From contig CAWJKV010000014.1 in assembly GCA_963843555.1 (NCBI GenBank), positions 1-64,000 of the forward strand: a DNA stretch of 64,000 nucleotides, given 5' to 3'. The notes under the pieces were generated by a model. It was not told where the DNA came from and ran no database searches. It worked only from the letters and a program-made list of their open reading frames with translations. A program made the translations under genes and the position numbers. Positions 1 to 9,220 of this stretch are shown here, piece after piece. The first letter of the stretch is position 1; the number at the start of each line of letters is the position of its first letter. Source of the stretch: an uncultured Methanosarcinales archaeon. Lineage in GTDB: Archaea; Halobacteriota; Methanosarcinia; Methanotrichales; Methanotrichaceae.

Positions 1-198
1 GGTCAGCACCCTCGCCTCAGAATTTCAAGGTCGCTGGACAAAAGCACGCCGTCTTGGAGTTGCCTGGGAGATGATACGCCAATTGAAACCAAGTCGCTTC
101 GTCACTCATCGTTTCCCAATTCGGGAAGCAGCAAAGGCCTATAATATCCTTGATCAGGAGGCTGATCGGCAATCCAGATTTTGCTCACGTACCAATGA
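1..198 (+). CDS. 3' end of zinc-binding alcohol dehydrogenase-like oxidoreductase (partial, one frameshift near the end)
   Basis: Frame from nt 2 reads VSTLASEFQGRWTKARRLGVAWEMIRQ...VTHRFPIREAAKAY; the natural ending AIQILLTYQ* (TGA 196-198) is in a shifted frame. Confidence 0.6.
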
Positions 199-226
199 GA
201 TGTGGATAATAAATTGGAGAGGTGAG

Positions 227-616
227 ATGACGTATGCAATAGCTGTAAAGAGGGATTTTGTAGCTCAGCACTACTTGATAGGCGGAGATTGGGGGGAGGA
301 GAACAAAAGGCATTCCCATCATTATCAAATCGAAGTGCAGCTGGAAGGAGGCGATCTGAATCAGCATGGCTTTTTAGTTGATATTGTGGATGTAGAATCC
401 CATTTAGGAGAGTTGATGATTTATTATAGAGATAAAACTCTAAATGATCTGGCGGAATTCGCCGGATTGAATCCCAGTCTTGAACGGTTTGCATTTATCA
501 TTTGCAGGACGCTCTGTGATAAGATAAAGACGCAAGATGTTCGGGTTCTAACTGTAAAAATATGGGAAAATAATATTGCATGGGCGTCGTACAGGCTTGA
601 GAGAGGAGAAAATTGA
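227..616 (+). CDS. 6-pyruvoyl-tetrahydropterin / 6-carboxytetrahydropterin synthase family protein (QueD-like)
   Basis: ATG 227 after GGAGAGGTGAG; motifs F-x-A-Q-H, HSHHY, LNDL, NPSLE, IWEN typical of PTPS/T-fold. Confidence 0.85.
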   Translation: MTYAIAVKRDFVAQHYLIGGDWGEENKRHSHHYQIEVQLEGGDLNQHGFLVDIVDVESHLGELMIYYRDKTLNDLAEFAGLNPSLERFAFIICRTLCDKIKTQDVRVLTVKIWENNIAWASYRLERGEN

Positions 617-631
617 GGCACTAGAGGCTAA

Positions 632-1744
632 ATGCGCATCGGCCTGATGATATACGGCAGCCTGGATAGGCTATCTGGAGGCTACCTCTATGATCGCAAG
701 CTGGTGGAGTTTTTGAGAGGGTCACCTGGATAAAGTTGAAATCATCTCCTTGCCGGATCGTTGTTATGCGCACCATCTCTTGCATAATTTCTCCGGTCAA
801 TTGTTCCATCAGCTGGCAGGCCTCGATTGTGAATTGTTGCTTCAAGACGAACTGAATCATCCCTCCCTGATCATGCTCAACCGTAGACTGCGTAAAAAAT
901 CAAGCTATCCAATTGTATCCATCGTCCACCACTTGCGATGCTGCGAGGATAATCCTTTCTGGATAAATCAGATCTACCGTCTGGTTGAGCGCCAGTATCT
1001 ATCCAGCCTGGATGGTCTCATCTGTAACAGCCAGGCTACTCAAAGGATTGTTGCGGATCTATTATCTTCAAGTAAATTATCATCAAATGATTACAGGTCT
1101 CAAAATGATCACTGCCTTATCGCAAAACCCGGTGGAGATCGTTTGCATCCCCAGATCAGCAGGCCGGAAATCTGCAAGAGAGTGCAACTGGAGGGTGCCC
1201 TGCGTTTGTTATTCATCGGCAACATCATACCGCGCAAAGGATTGCACGTTTTGCTAAAGTCACTGAAAGGATCGCCAGACAATCAGTTCATCATCAATGT
1301 GGTGGGAGATACGGAAAAGGACCCCTCCTACTTTAAGTCGGTTTGCCGGCAGAATAGAGCGAGACGGCCTGGCTGGTGTTGTGTGTTTTCAGAGGCATAT
1401 TGAGCGACGATGACCTGGCCGGTTGCATGAAAGCGAGCCATCTGCTGGTTATTCCTTCCTTTTATGAAGGATTTGGCATAGCTTACCTGGAGGGCATGGG
1501 TTTTGGTCTTCCGGCCATCGGCACAAATTGCGGCGGGACAGGAGAGATCATCAGGCACGGGTTGGATGGCTTTCTGGTATCGCCCGGCGATTATGCCGAT
1601 CTGGCGGAATATTTGACGCGATTGGCGAAAAATCGGGAGCTATTATTGGAGATGAGCCTTGCTGCCCTGGATCGTTATCAAACTCAACCCACATGGGAGA
1701 ATTCTATGGAAAATATTCGAAGCTTCTTGCAGGGTTTGATTTGA
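632..1744 (+). CDS. Glycosyltransferase family 4, split by two frameshifts (~730 and ~1380)
   Basis: MRIGLMIYGSLDRLSGGYLYDRKLV start; GNIIPRKG and PSFYEGFGIAYLEGM GT-B motifs in successive frames. Confidence 0.8.
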
Positions 1745-2662
1745 TTGAAATATTCCTTCACTCGCTATCTTGAAGCCAAGAAAGGTATAGATGATCGCTC
1801 CTTAAATCGCCACGTTTGGGATGCACTGGTTCAAAGGCTGGGGATGATAAAATCCTCTCCTGATAAACCTGTACGGATTCTGGAGGTAGGAGCAGGAATC
1901 GGCACAATGATCGAGCGCCTGCTGGATGCAAGGCTGCTCAATTCCGTAATTTATGCCGCCATCGATATCAGTGAGGAGAACAAAATTCGGGCTCAAGAGC
2001 GGATGCGAGACTGGGCTGCCGGCCATGACATGCGATTCGAAGAGTCCTCTGCGGATAATTGGTGCGTAGCAGGGAGCGATAAGCGGGTCGATATCAGATT
2101 TAAAAATGAGGATTTTTTTGATTTTGCCTCTCATGAGAAGGGAAAATTTGATCTGATAATGGCCAACGCTTTTTTGGATCTTGTCGATATTCGGGCCACA
2201 CTCCCTTTGATGTCAGAGCTGCTCAAAAAGAGGGGGCTCTTTTATTTTACAATTAACTTTGATGGTTTGACAGTTTTAGAGCCGGCAATTGATGAAGAGC
2301 TTGATGATCTGATCCTAAATCTTTATCATAAAACCATGGATGAACGATTAGTGAACGGTAACCGATCCGGGGATAGCCGTTCGGGTCGTCATCTCTTCTC
2401 CTGCCTGAAAGAAGCCGGAATGCAGATCCTCGATGCTGGGGCATCGGATTGGGTGATCTATGCAGGACAGAATGGTTATCGTCAAGACGAGGCCTACTTT
2501 CTGCATTTTATAATAAATATTATAGGACAGGCTCTGCAAAACAGCTCAGAGCTGGACGCTCTCCGATTGAATGACTGGATCTGCAAACGTCATAACCAGG
2601 TGGAGAATAACGAACTGATCTACATAGCCCACCAGATTGATTTTGTGGGAATCATTGGCTGA
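1745..2662 (+). CDS. Class I SAM-dependent methyltransferase
   Basis: ILEVGAGIG motif I; FDLIMANAFLDLV; abuts the GT4 gene. Confidence 0.85.
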   Translation: MKYSFTRYLEAKKGIDDRSLNRHVWDALVQRLGMIKSSPDKPVRILEVGAGIGTMIERLLDARLLNSVIYAAIDISEENKIRAQERMRDWAAGHDMRFEESSADNWCVAGSDKRVDIRFKNEDFFDFASHEKGKFDLIMANAFLDLVDIRATLPLMSELLKKRGLFYFTINFDGLTVLEPAIDEELDDLILNLYHKTMDERLVNGNRSGDSRSGRHLFSCLKEAGMQILDAGASDWVIYAGQNGYRQDEAYFLHFIINIIGQALQNSSELDALRLNDWICKRHNQVENNELIYIAHQIDFVGIIG

Positions 2663-2749
2663 GCCTGACCTTCGGCGGTTTCATTCGTTTGCGGGCCGTT
2701 ACGAAGTCCAACCTGGCAAGATGTGTCCGCATATTTTATATATAAATCT

Positions 2750-3258
2750 ATATACTATGAATGTATGGAAGAATCCTATTTACCACTTTTGAGGAATTTG
2801 AGATTGCCATTGACACCCGCTCCAAATACTCTTTTTGCAACAGCATGAGGTCTTTCGCAGGCGATCTCAATTTGCTGATCAACCTGTTCCTTTCTTTATC
2901 AAGCTCTCCCAGAGGTGCATCAGTTGTCCTGCGCACCATGGTAAAGTCATCACCTCTGCAGGCACGCCAAAATATCCTCGATCTCGGATGACGACTTCGC
3001 CTTCGATTGACAGATCAACCCGGCTGTCATGCACCTTTGCTGTGGTGGTCTCGATTTCACGAATAAGGCCGTAATCGATATCGCTTTTTTGATGAAGCTT
3101 GTAGCCAAAATAGCTTTTCTTTCCTTTTTTCGTCCAGGTTCCATCTCGGCTGTGGCGAGTCTTGGCCACCCCGTCAGATGTTTTCTTTGATTTTCCGGGA
3201 TCCGCTTCAATAAATGTGGCATCCTGTATCGTTCCACGCTTGACCCTCAAACCCTTAG
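2750..3258 (-). mobile_element. IS5-family transposase fragment (pseudogene)
   Basis: GTIQDATFI, RDGTWTKKGKKSYFGYKLH, TTAKVHDS, DRGY motifs; frameshifted and truncated at both ends. Confidence 0.85.
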
Positions 3259-4100
3259 GGACTGACACGCATAAAATTAACAACTTTGTATTGTAGAACG
3301 TTGTCCATATATCATGGATGACAGCCGTAGATTATGGGCCCTTCATAAAAGCTCTATACTGATGCAGCCAGAAATCTCCGCAAGCCCGGTGGCAGTCGAA
3401 AAAGAGCAGAAATGAGCGAGCCAACCCTATTGATTGACCTTGAAGATATAATGAAAGAGAGCACCTCAGGTGATCCGATGAGTCATCTTAAATGGACTAA
3501 TAGATCAACCTGTGCTATAGCAGAAGAACTACAATTAAAAGGTCAAAAAGTTAGTCACGATGCAGTGAGACGGCTATTGAAAGAGAACGGTTATTCGCTT
3601 CAAGCTAATAGAAAAACATCAGAAAGCAAATCAGGTCCGGAGAGAGATAGTCAGTTTCGTTATATTAATAATCAGCAGCCAACTTTAAAGATGCAGGAGA
3701 TCCTGTAATTTCTGTAGATGCAAAAGAAGAAAGAGCTCATTGGCGATTGTAAGAATTCAGGCAGGACTTGGAGGCCAAAGGGCCAGCCAGAACTGGTAAA
3801 TGTTTATGATTTTCCCTCAAAAGCGATTGGTGCTGCGATTCCTTACGGGATCTATGATCTAAAAAGAAACAATGGGGTCGTTAATGCCGGGAAAAGCCAT
3901 AATACTGCAGAATTTGCTGTTGAAAGCATCGGACAGTGGTGGAATTTAGCTGGATAATATAATTATGTGGACTGCAAAAATTTGCTCATTTGCCCCGATG
4001 GCGGGGGAATCATAGGATCGACCAAGACAAAAAGATGGCTAGAAATCGAGGCTCGAATAGATGAAAGAGATTATGAGACGGGGATAAAGATAGAAAAGAG
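3259..4100 (+). mobile_element. ISAzo13-family transposase remnant (degraded, deletions and frameshifts)
   Basis: GDPMSHLKWTNRS, GYSLQANRKT, RDSQFRYIN, KKKELIG, VYDFP, AIPYGIYD, HNTAEFAVESI..WW motifs; boundaries approximate. Confidence 0.85.
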
Positions 4101-4106
4101 CAGCTC

Positions 4107-5151
4107 TCACCGCTGTCTATCATGAAAACCATGCTCCTCGTCACCATCCTTATCCGCCGGTCGAACTGTCCTCCTTCTTCTGGCTACATTTGAGGACGAT
4201 GCTGATGGAATCCTGTTTTGGGGGGTGCTATTGCGATTGGTAGGACGGGATGATCCGCGATCTGCTTCATCACCAGCTTCAGTTGGCTCTCGAAGCTCTT
4301 CTGAGAAGGGTTCTCGAAGAGCCTTCCAAGATCTTTCACCGGCAAAAGCAGCATCAGCTTCTTCGAACCTCTCCACGGCCATCAGTGCCAGACCAATGCT
4401 ATTCCACGCCTTGACATAGTGGGGATCAATCTCAATGGACTTTTCAAAGCACCTAATGGCGTCATCATAGTTATCCCGGCGCCTGAGATGATTCGCCTTT
4501 ATTGTACCAGGCTTCGGAGTATTCTGGATCTATTTCTACAGCTTTTTCAAAACACGTCTCAGCTTCACTGTACAGCCCGAGCGAAGCGAGAGCAGCTCCT
4601 CTGTTATTCCAGGCCTCGGCGTTCTCTGGATCCATCTCTATCGCTATATCGAAGCAGTCCAGTGCTTCATCATATCTCCCAAGATTGGCCAGAGCAGCAC
4701 CCTTATTATTCCAGACTTTCGGCCTTTCAGAATTTATACTGAGAGTCTTATCATAATATTCGATAGCTTCGGGGTAATTGCCCAGCTTGCCAAGTATCAC
4801 TCCTTTATTGTACCAGGCCCTGGCATAATTCGGATCCATCTCGATAATTTTATCGAAGTATCGCGTGGCTTCATCAAACCTTTTCAGCTTGTATAGAACC
4901 ACTCCTATATTGTTCCAGGCATCTATAAAACCAGGATCTATGTCAAGAGCATTCTCAAAACACACCAGGGCTTCATGGTACCTGCCCAGACGGCAGATGG
5001 CCAGGCCTCTGCTATTCCAAAGCCCGGCATTAACCGGATCAATCTCGATAGCTTTACCGTAGGACTCAATAGCTTCTTCATACTTCCCATTTTTATACAG
5101 TTCATTGCCTTCTTCGACAAAAGGTGTCACGGCCAATATGCACCTCATCAT
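4107..5151 (-). CDS. Tetratricopeptide repeat protein (frameshift near 4480)
   Basis: Repeated 34-aa W-x-N-x-G...A...A-x-x-I-D-P units; TPR pattern continues (NYDDAIRCFEKSIEIDP) in another frame past the ORF stop. Confidence 0.85.
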
Positions 5152-5558
5152 TTGCTATTGTTGCGAAGCAGTTCTCTTTCAGCTTCATGATCGAGCACCT
5201 CTAAAGCTTTTTGGACCGAAAGCCACCTGACCCTATCTACTTCCTCTGATGGTTCGAATTTGCTTTCTCCAATCGGTTCCATGTTCCAAAATTGTACGAC
5301 TTTTGGTGTGCCTTTAACATTATAGCTGACTTTGCCGGCAAAGCTTTTCAATTGGACGCTATAACCCGTCTCTTCCTTGACCTCTCTAACGGCTGCATCC
5401 TTCCAGTCCTCTCCGGGTTCCAGCTTCCCTTTTGGAAGCGTCCAGTCTCTGTGGCGTGCTCGATGAATCACTGCAATCTCTCTGCCGTGGACAGAATCAC
5501 GCCAGACCAAACCTCCGGCCGCTCTAATTGTTTTAACGCCGTTATTTTCATCTGACAT
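5148..5558 (-). CDS. NUDIX hydrolase
   Basis: Nudix box LPKGKLEPGEDWKDAAVREVKEETG. Confidence 0.92.
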   Translation of the reverse strand: MSDENNGVKTIRAAGGLVWRDSVHGREIAVIHRARHRDWTLPKGKLEPGEDWKDAAVREVKEETGYSVQLKSFAGKVSYNVKGTPKVVQFWNMEPIGESKFEPSEEVDRVRWLSVQKALEVLDHEAERELLRNNSK

Positions 5559-5679
5559 CTCGGCAACCTCAACCAGACCCTAAATCGATGATCGACTATC
5601 TAAGTGATTCTCTGAAACAGGACGATTCTCTTATCTACATCATTAATGTAAATAGTTTTCTTTCAGGCTATCGACGACC

Positions 5680-5720
5680 GCAAACTACAAATATCTATAA
5701 CGATTATATAGATAGTTTGC
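5680..5720. promoter_or_regulatory. Imperfect palindrome overlapping TATA boxes between the nudix gene and the candidate ncRNA
   Basis: GCAAACT(acaaat)ATCTATA-acgatta-TATAGATAGTTTGC; TTATATA at 5704-5710. Confidence 0.5.
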
Positions 5721-5724
5721 CGCG

Positions 5725-6190
5725 TCTTGCGCTGAAGGAATGTGGGCAAGGCTTACCGGCTGAGCTCTTAAGGCTGAATGGTTCGATAGACGTGTCCCAC
5801 CATAGATATGCCATTCGAATCTCTGAGGACCTTAGAGGTGCTGTTTCAGGCAGCATCCGGAAAGCTATCGGATGGGCTGAGGATCAAACGACCGATAAAT
5901 GCACGCCGTAACGGGCGCAGCATGTCGTTGGTCAGCCTTTGGATCCGAAATCCCTGGTTTTGGCCCAGGACGCGGCACATTGCTCAAGCTGGTGCCGGGA
6001 GCGAGCGCAGGCCACACGTCGAGATGATGTCGGGTTCCCGTAAAAGGGACGCTGTGTGAGATTCCAGTGCTGTGCCGCCTCGCACTCGGCTTGATGTCGA
6101 GTTCTTGGACGCGGGTCAGGCCAACACTTCGGTGATTGGCCCCTCTGCAGAAGGGCGCTGTGGATCGGTGCTGGCCCGCCTGAGACTCGA
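5725..6190 (+). ncRNA. Candidate large structured non-coding RNA of unknown class
   Basis: Many nested helices (5770-77/5932-39, 5972-79/6071-78, 6111-19/6171-79 etc.), cUUCGg loop, upstream TATA, downstream T-tract, no convincing ORF; ends approximate. Confidence 0.65.
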
Positions 6191-6210
6191 TTATGCTTTC
6201 TTTTGATTTT
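6191..6210 (+). terminator. Archaeal T-rich terminator
   Basis: TTATGCTTTCTTTTGATTTT directly after the structured region. Confidence 0.5.
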
Positions 6211-6330
6211 GACCTATTCTCTTCATCAAGTTGGTGCTACCCCGATTTCTGGCGTGAAATTCCATAATTGAGAAACAATTTAAGGAATGATCACGTCTTG
6301 TATTCAGCCTGCGAATGAGGACGGTTCAAT

Positions 6331-6783
6331 ATGCAAATTGCAGTTGTGGGTGGCGGAGTATGCAGCCCGGATGTTCGGGAAAAGGCCGAGCGGCTGGGTA
6401 GACTTCTCGCTGAGGAAGGCCATATTCTGATCTGCGGGGGCCTGGGCGGCGTGATGGAGGCGGTTTGCCGTGGTGCCAGGGAGGCGGGCGGCGTGACTTT
6501 GGGCATACTTCCCGGCGGAAAGATTGATGCGAATAAATATGTCAGCATAGCCGTCGCCACTGGCATGGGCCATGCCAGGAATGTGATAATAATAGAAAGC
6601 TGCGATGCCGTCATTGCTCTTCCGGGCGAACACGGCACCCTGTCTGAGATCGCCCTGGCCTTGAAGATGAACCGGCCGGTCGTAAGCCTTGGGAGCTGGG
6701 ACATCGCCGGCACTCTGAGAGCAAATGACCCTGAAGAGGCATTGGAGCTTCTGGGCCGGGCCTTACGGTATCGCTCGAATTGA
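6331..6783 (+). CDS. TIGR00725 / LOG-like Rossmann-fold nucleotide-binding protein
   Basis: CGGLGGVMEA, TGMGHARN, PGEHGTLSEI motifs. Confidence 0.88.
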   Translation: MQIAVVGGGVCSPDVREKAERLGRLLAEEGHILICGGLGGVMEAVCRGAREAGGVTLGILPGGKIDANKYVSIAVATGMGHARNVIIIESCDAVIALPGEHGTLSEIALALKMNRPVVSLGSWDIAGTLRANDPEEALELLGRALRYRSN

Positions 6784-6836
6784 TGAAAGAATAGTTATAT
6801 TTGGGCTGACATCAAGGAGATCAGGGAGAGCTGGAA

Positions 6837-8207
6837 ATGAGATACTATAAACCTCGTGCAATGATAATAATAATGATCTTTTTCTTTTTATCATTTGTGG
6901 GGGCAGCGTCTGATCCTGCCCCTAAAGACGATGCCTATCACTACATGAAAAATGGCGTCGATGACCAACTCTACAATGAGATGTGGCGCTTCAATGGGGC
7001 GGATAATAAGACTCAATTCACGATCGCATTCCTCCTCAGCGACCCGGAAAACCTGACCTCTTCCAGAAAGATTCAGGTACAGGCTGTGGTTTGGCAGGAG
7101 GGCCAGCCTCCTCTTCAGGGCACTCACCAGAGCAAGGGATATGGAGGTGACAGGAACGCTCCCATGTTTGAAATAGATAAGAGCGGCTTTTCTTCTGAGC
7201 TGGCGGGCCCGAACCTCAATCTCTGGGGCGAAGTTTTGGACGAGACTACGGGCGAACCCATTGCCTGGGATCTGGTCTATGAGCCGACGGTCAGCCCCTG
7301 GTTCTCCATCCCGATCCAGCCGCATATCGGACACCTCAATGGAGATTGGATGAGGTGGCTGGTTTACATGCCTTCCGCCAATGTTTCGGGCTCGATCACC
7401 GTCGGCAACAGGACGCTTAACATCAGTGGCACAGGCTACCACGATCACTTTTGGGGGCGTTTTGCCTTGAATGATCCAGAGATCACCTGGGCCCAGGCCT
7501 CTGTCCCCAAAGATGGTTTCAGCCTGACCTGGGGCGAGATTCTCGGCGAGGAACGAAATGCATTCCTGGGAATAAAGAAAGATGGCAAGACCCACAAATT
7601 CTCAGCCAAGCAGATCAAGATAAATTATACAGACTTTGCATTTGACAATACCACGGCAGCAATTTATCCTGCCGGTTACAATATATCTGCGGAGAACGGG
7701 GAATTTATCCTCGATCTGAATGTCGCTGTGCAAAAGAGCGTGCCGACGATGGTTGACTATTCTGCCCCAATGCCCAGCCATCTGGCCTTCCAGCAGTACT
7801 CTCTATTACAGGGAACATTGAGATCGAAATCCGGTGACGAATACAGCTTCCGGAGCCCTGGCTTCTCGGGGTTCATGACGCAAAGGCTGCATCCCATATT
7901 TGGCAGGCTCAACATCACGGATCCAGCGGCTAAGGCTGCCAATATTACCCTCACTGCCACCAATGAGAGAACAGGTCAGGTGAAGGTGGCAAAAGTTGCT
8001 TCCAATACTTTTTACAGCGTAGATGCCAACTATCCCGATTACCTGGCCAACAGAGACGCCCCCTGGGTGGCTGATGGAGACAGGGTAAAGCTGGAGATGA
8101 AGCTGGATATGAACAAGAGCCAGAAGCCTGGGAACAGCACAGTCCTGTCAATTGACCTATCCCAAGATCGGCAGAAGGCGAACCTTAAAATTGAGAAGTC
8201 CGCATGA
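6837..8207 (+). CDS. Secreted lipocalin-like (AttH/CrtC-type) domain protein
   Basis: Signal peptide; NEMWRF and GTGYHDHFWG motifs resemble the hydroxyneurosporene synthase/AttH fold. Confidence 0.55.
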   Translation: MRYYKPRAMIIIMIFFFLSFVGAASDPAPKDDAYHYMKNGVDDQLYNEMWRFNGADNKTQFTIAFLLSDPENLTSSRKIQVQAVVWQEGQPPLQGTHQSKGYGGDRNAPMFEIDKSGFSSELAGPNLNLWGEVLDETTGEPIAWDLVYEPTVSPWFSIPIQPHIGHLNGDWMRWLVYMPSANVSGSITVGNRTLNISGTGYHDHFWGRFALNDPEITWAQASVPKDGFSLTWGEILGEERNAFLGIKKDGKTHKFSAKQIKINYTDFAFDNTTAAIYPAGYNISAENGEFILDLNVAVQKSVPTMVDYSAPMPSHLAFQQYSLLQGTLRSKSGDEYSFRSPGFSGFMTQRLHPIFGRLNITDPAAKAANITLTATNERTGQVKVAKVASNTFYSVDANYPDYLANRDAPWVADGDRVKLEMKLDMNKSQKPGNSTVLSIDLSQDRQKANLKIEKSA

Positions 8208-9175
8208 AATCTTTCTCCATTAGCATGGCAGGCAAGGCCCTCTGGCAGATGAGGGTTAAAAGAAGACCTTTTGTCCTCTCTCATGGCATAAATGCCAGGT
8301 GCAACCTGAGCTGCAGCTTTTGCGAGTACTGGAGGCGGCCGGGGGTTGAGATGAGTGCCGATGAGATCTTCAGGATGCTGGAGGAGGCAAGGAGCTTTGG
8401 CATCGGGGTCTATAACGCCTGGACAGTCGAGCCTCTGCTTCGCGAGGATCTGCCTGATATTTTGCGTCATGCCAGGTCTCTGGGACTTGTCACATCGCTC
8501 ATCACCAACGGCCGCCTGCTGGCACAGAGGGCGAAGGAGCTTGATGACCTCGATTACTTATCCGTCTCCGTGGACGGGATCAAGAGCTACCGGGAGCTGA
8601 GGGGCATGGATCTGCAGGATACCATTGCAGGCATCAAGGCGGCAAAAGAAGCTGGCCACGAGGTCCTCATGAACTGCGTGATCAACAGCAAGAATGTGTC
8701 CGAGCTGGAGGATCTGGTCCATCTGGCCGAGTCACTCGGGACAATGATCTCTTTTGAGCCGCTCCACGAATCATCGGGCATAGATGAGACGGTCTGGGGA
8801 ACTCTGGGAATCCGGGACCTCCCTCGATACGAGAAAGCCGTGCAGAGGCTGATCGAGCTGAAGAGGGATGGGGCTCCCATCATAAACTCCGAGACGTATC
8901 TGGAAATGATAAAAAACCTCCAACCAAGATTCAAGTGCCACGCCAGCGACATCATCCTCCATGTGGCATCGGACGGAACCCTGGAAAACTGCCGGGTTCA
9001 CCAGGAGCCCCTGGGCAATGTCTCTGAAGGCATTGCCAGGGTCTGGAAATCCTCTCAGGAGAGACGTAAAGAGACCGTTCGGGGATGCCAGGGCTGCCTG
9101 TTCTTCGGCTATGTGGAGAATAGCCTGCTTTACGAGTTCGTGCCCGAGGTGCTGGCACATTACAAGTGGATGTAG
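8204..9175 (+). CDS. Radical SAM protein with C-terminal Cys (SPASM/twitch-like) extension
   Basis: CNLSCSFC motif; ITNG, SVSVDG; C-terminal C...C...CQGC. Confidence 0.9.
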   Translation: MKSFSISMAGKALWQMRVKRRPFVLSHGINARCNLSCSFCEYWRRPGVEMSADEIFRMLEEARSFGIGVYNAWTVEPLLREDLPDILRHARSLGLVTSLITNGRLLAQRAKELDDLDYLSVSVDGIKSYRELRGMDLQDTIAGIKAAKEAGHEVLMNCVINSKNVSELEDLVHLAESLGTMISFEPLHESSGIDETVWGTLGIRDLPRYEKAVQRLIELKRDGAPIINSETYLEMIKNLQPRFKCHASDIILHVASDGTLENCRVHQEPLGNVSEGIARVWKSSQERRKETVRGCQGCLFFGYVENSLLYEFVPEVLAHYKWM

Positions 9176-9220
9176 AAATAATAATACTAGTATGCGAGCC
9201 TGGAGAGTGGTGATAAACCT

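Noticed and set aside
71..616. 181-aa dehydrogenase-QueD fusion in the ORF track
   Set aside because: Artefact of a frameshift at ~170; the QueD-like gene has its own SD and ATG at 227.
5588..6059. ORFs 5588-5911 and 5808-6059 over the structured region
   Set aside because: No motifs or ribosome-binding site, atypical composition; the first crosses the TATA region. RNA structure explains the sequence better.
5770..6180. Resemblance to tmRNA ends (AAGGCTGAATGGTTCGAT and GGACGCGGGT...CCCGCC)
   Set aside because: No TTCRA T-loop, no CCA end, the acceptor-like strand pairs internally at 5932-39, and tmRNA is not known in archaea.
5725..6190. RNase P RNA or SRP RNA identity
   Set aside because: No GAGGAAnnUC / ACAGAAnnnnGCUUA P4 pair and no SRP helix-8 CAGG-GGAA-AGCA motif found by eye; cmscan should confirm.
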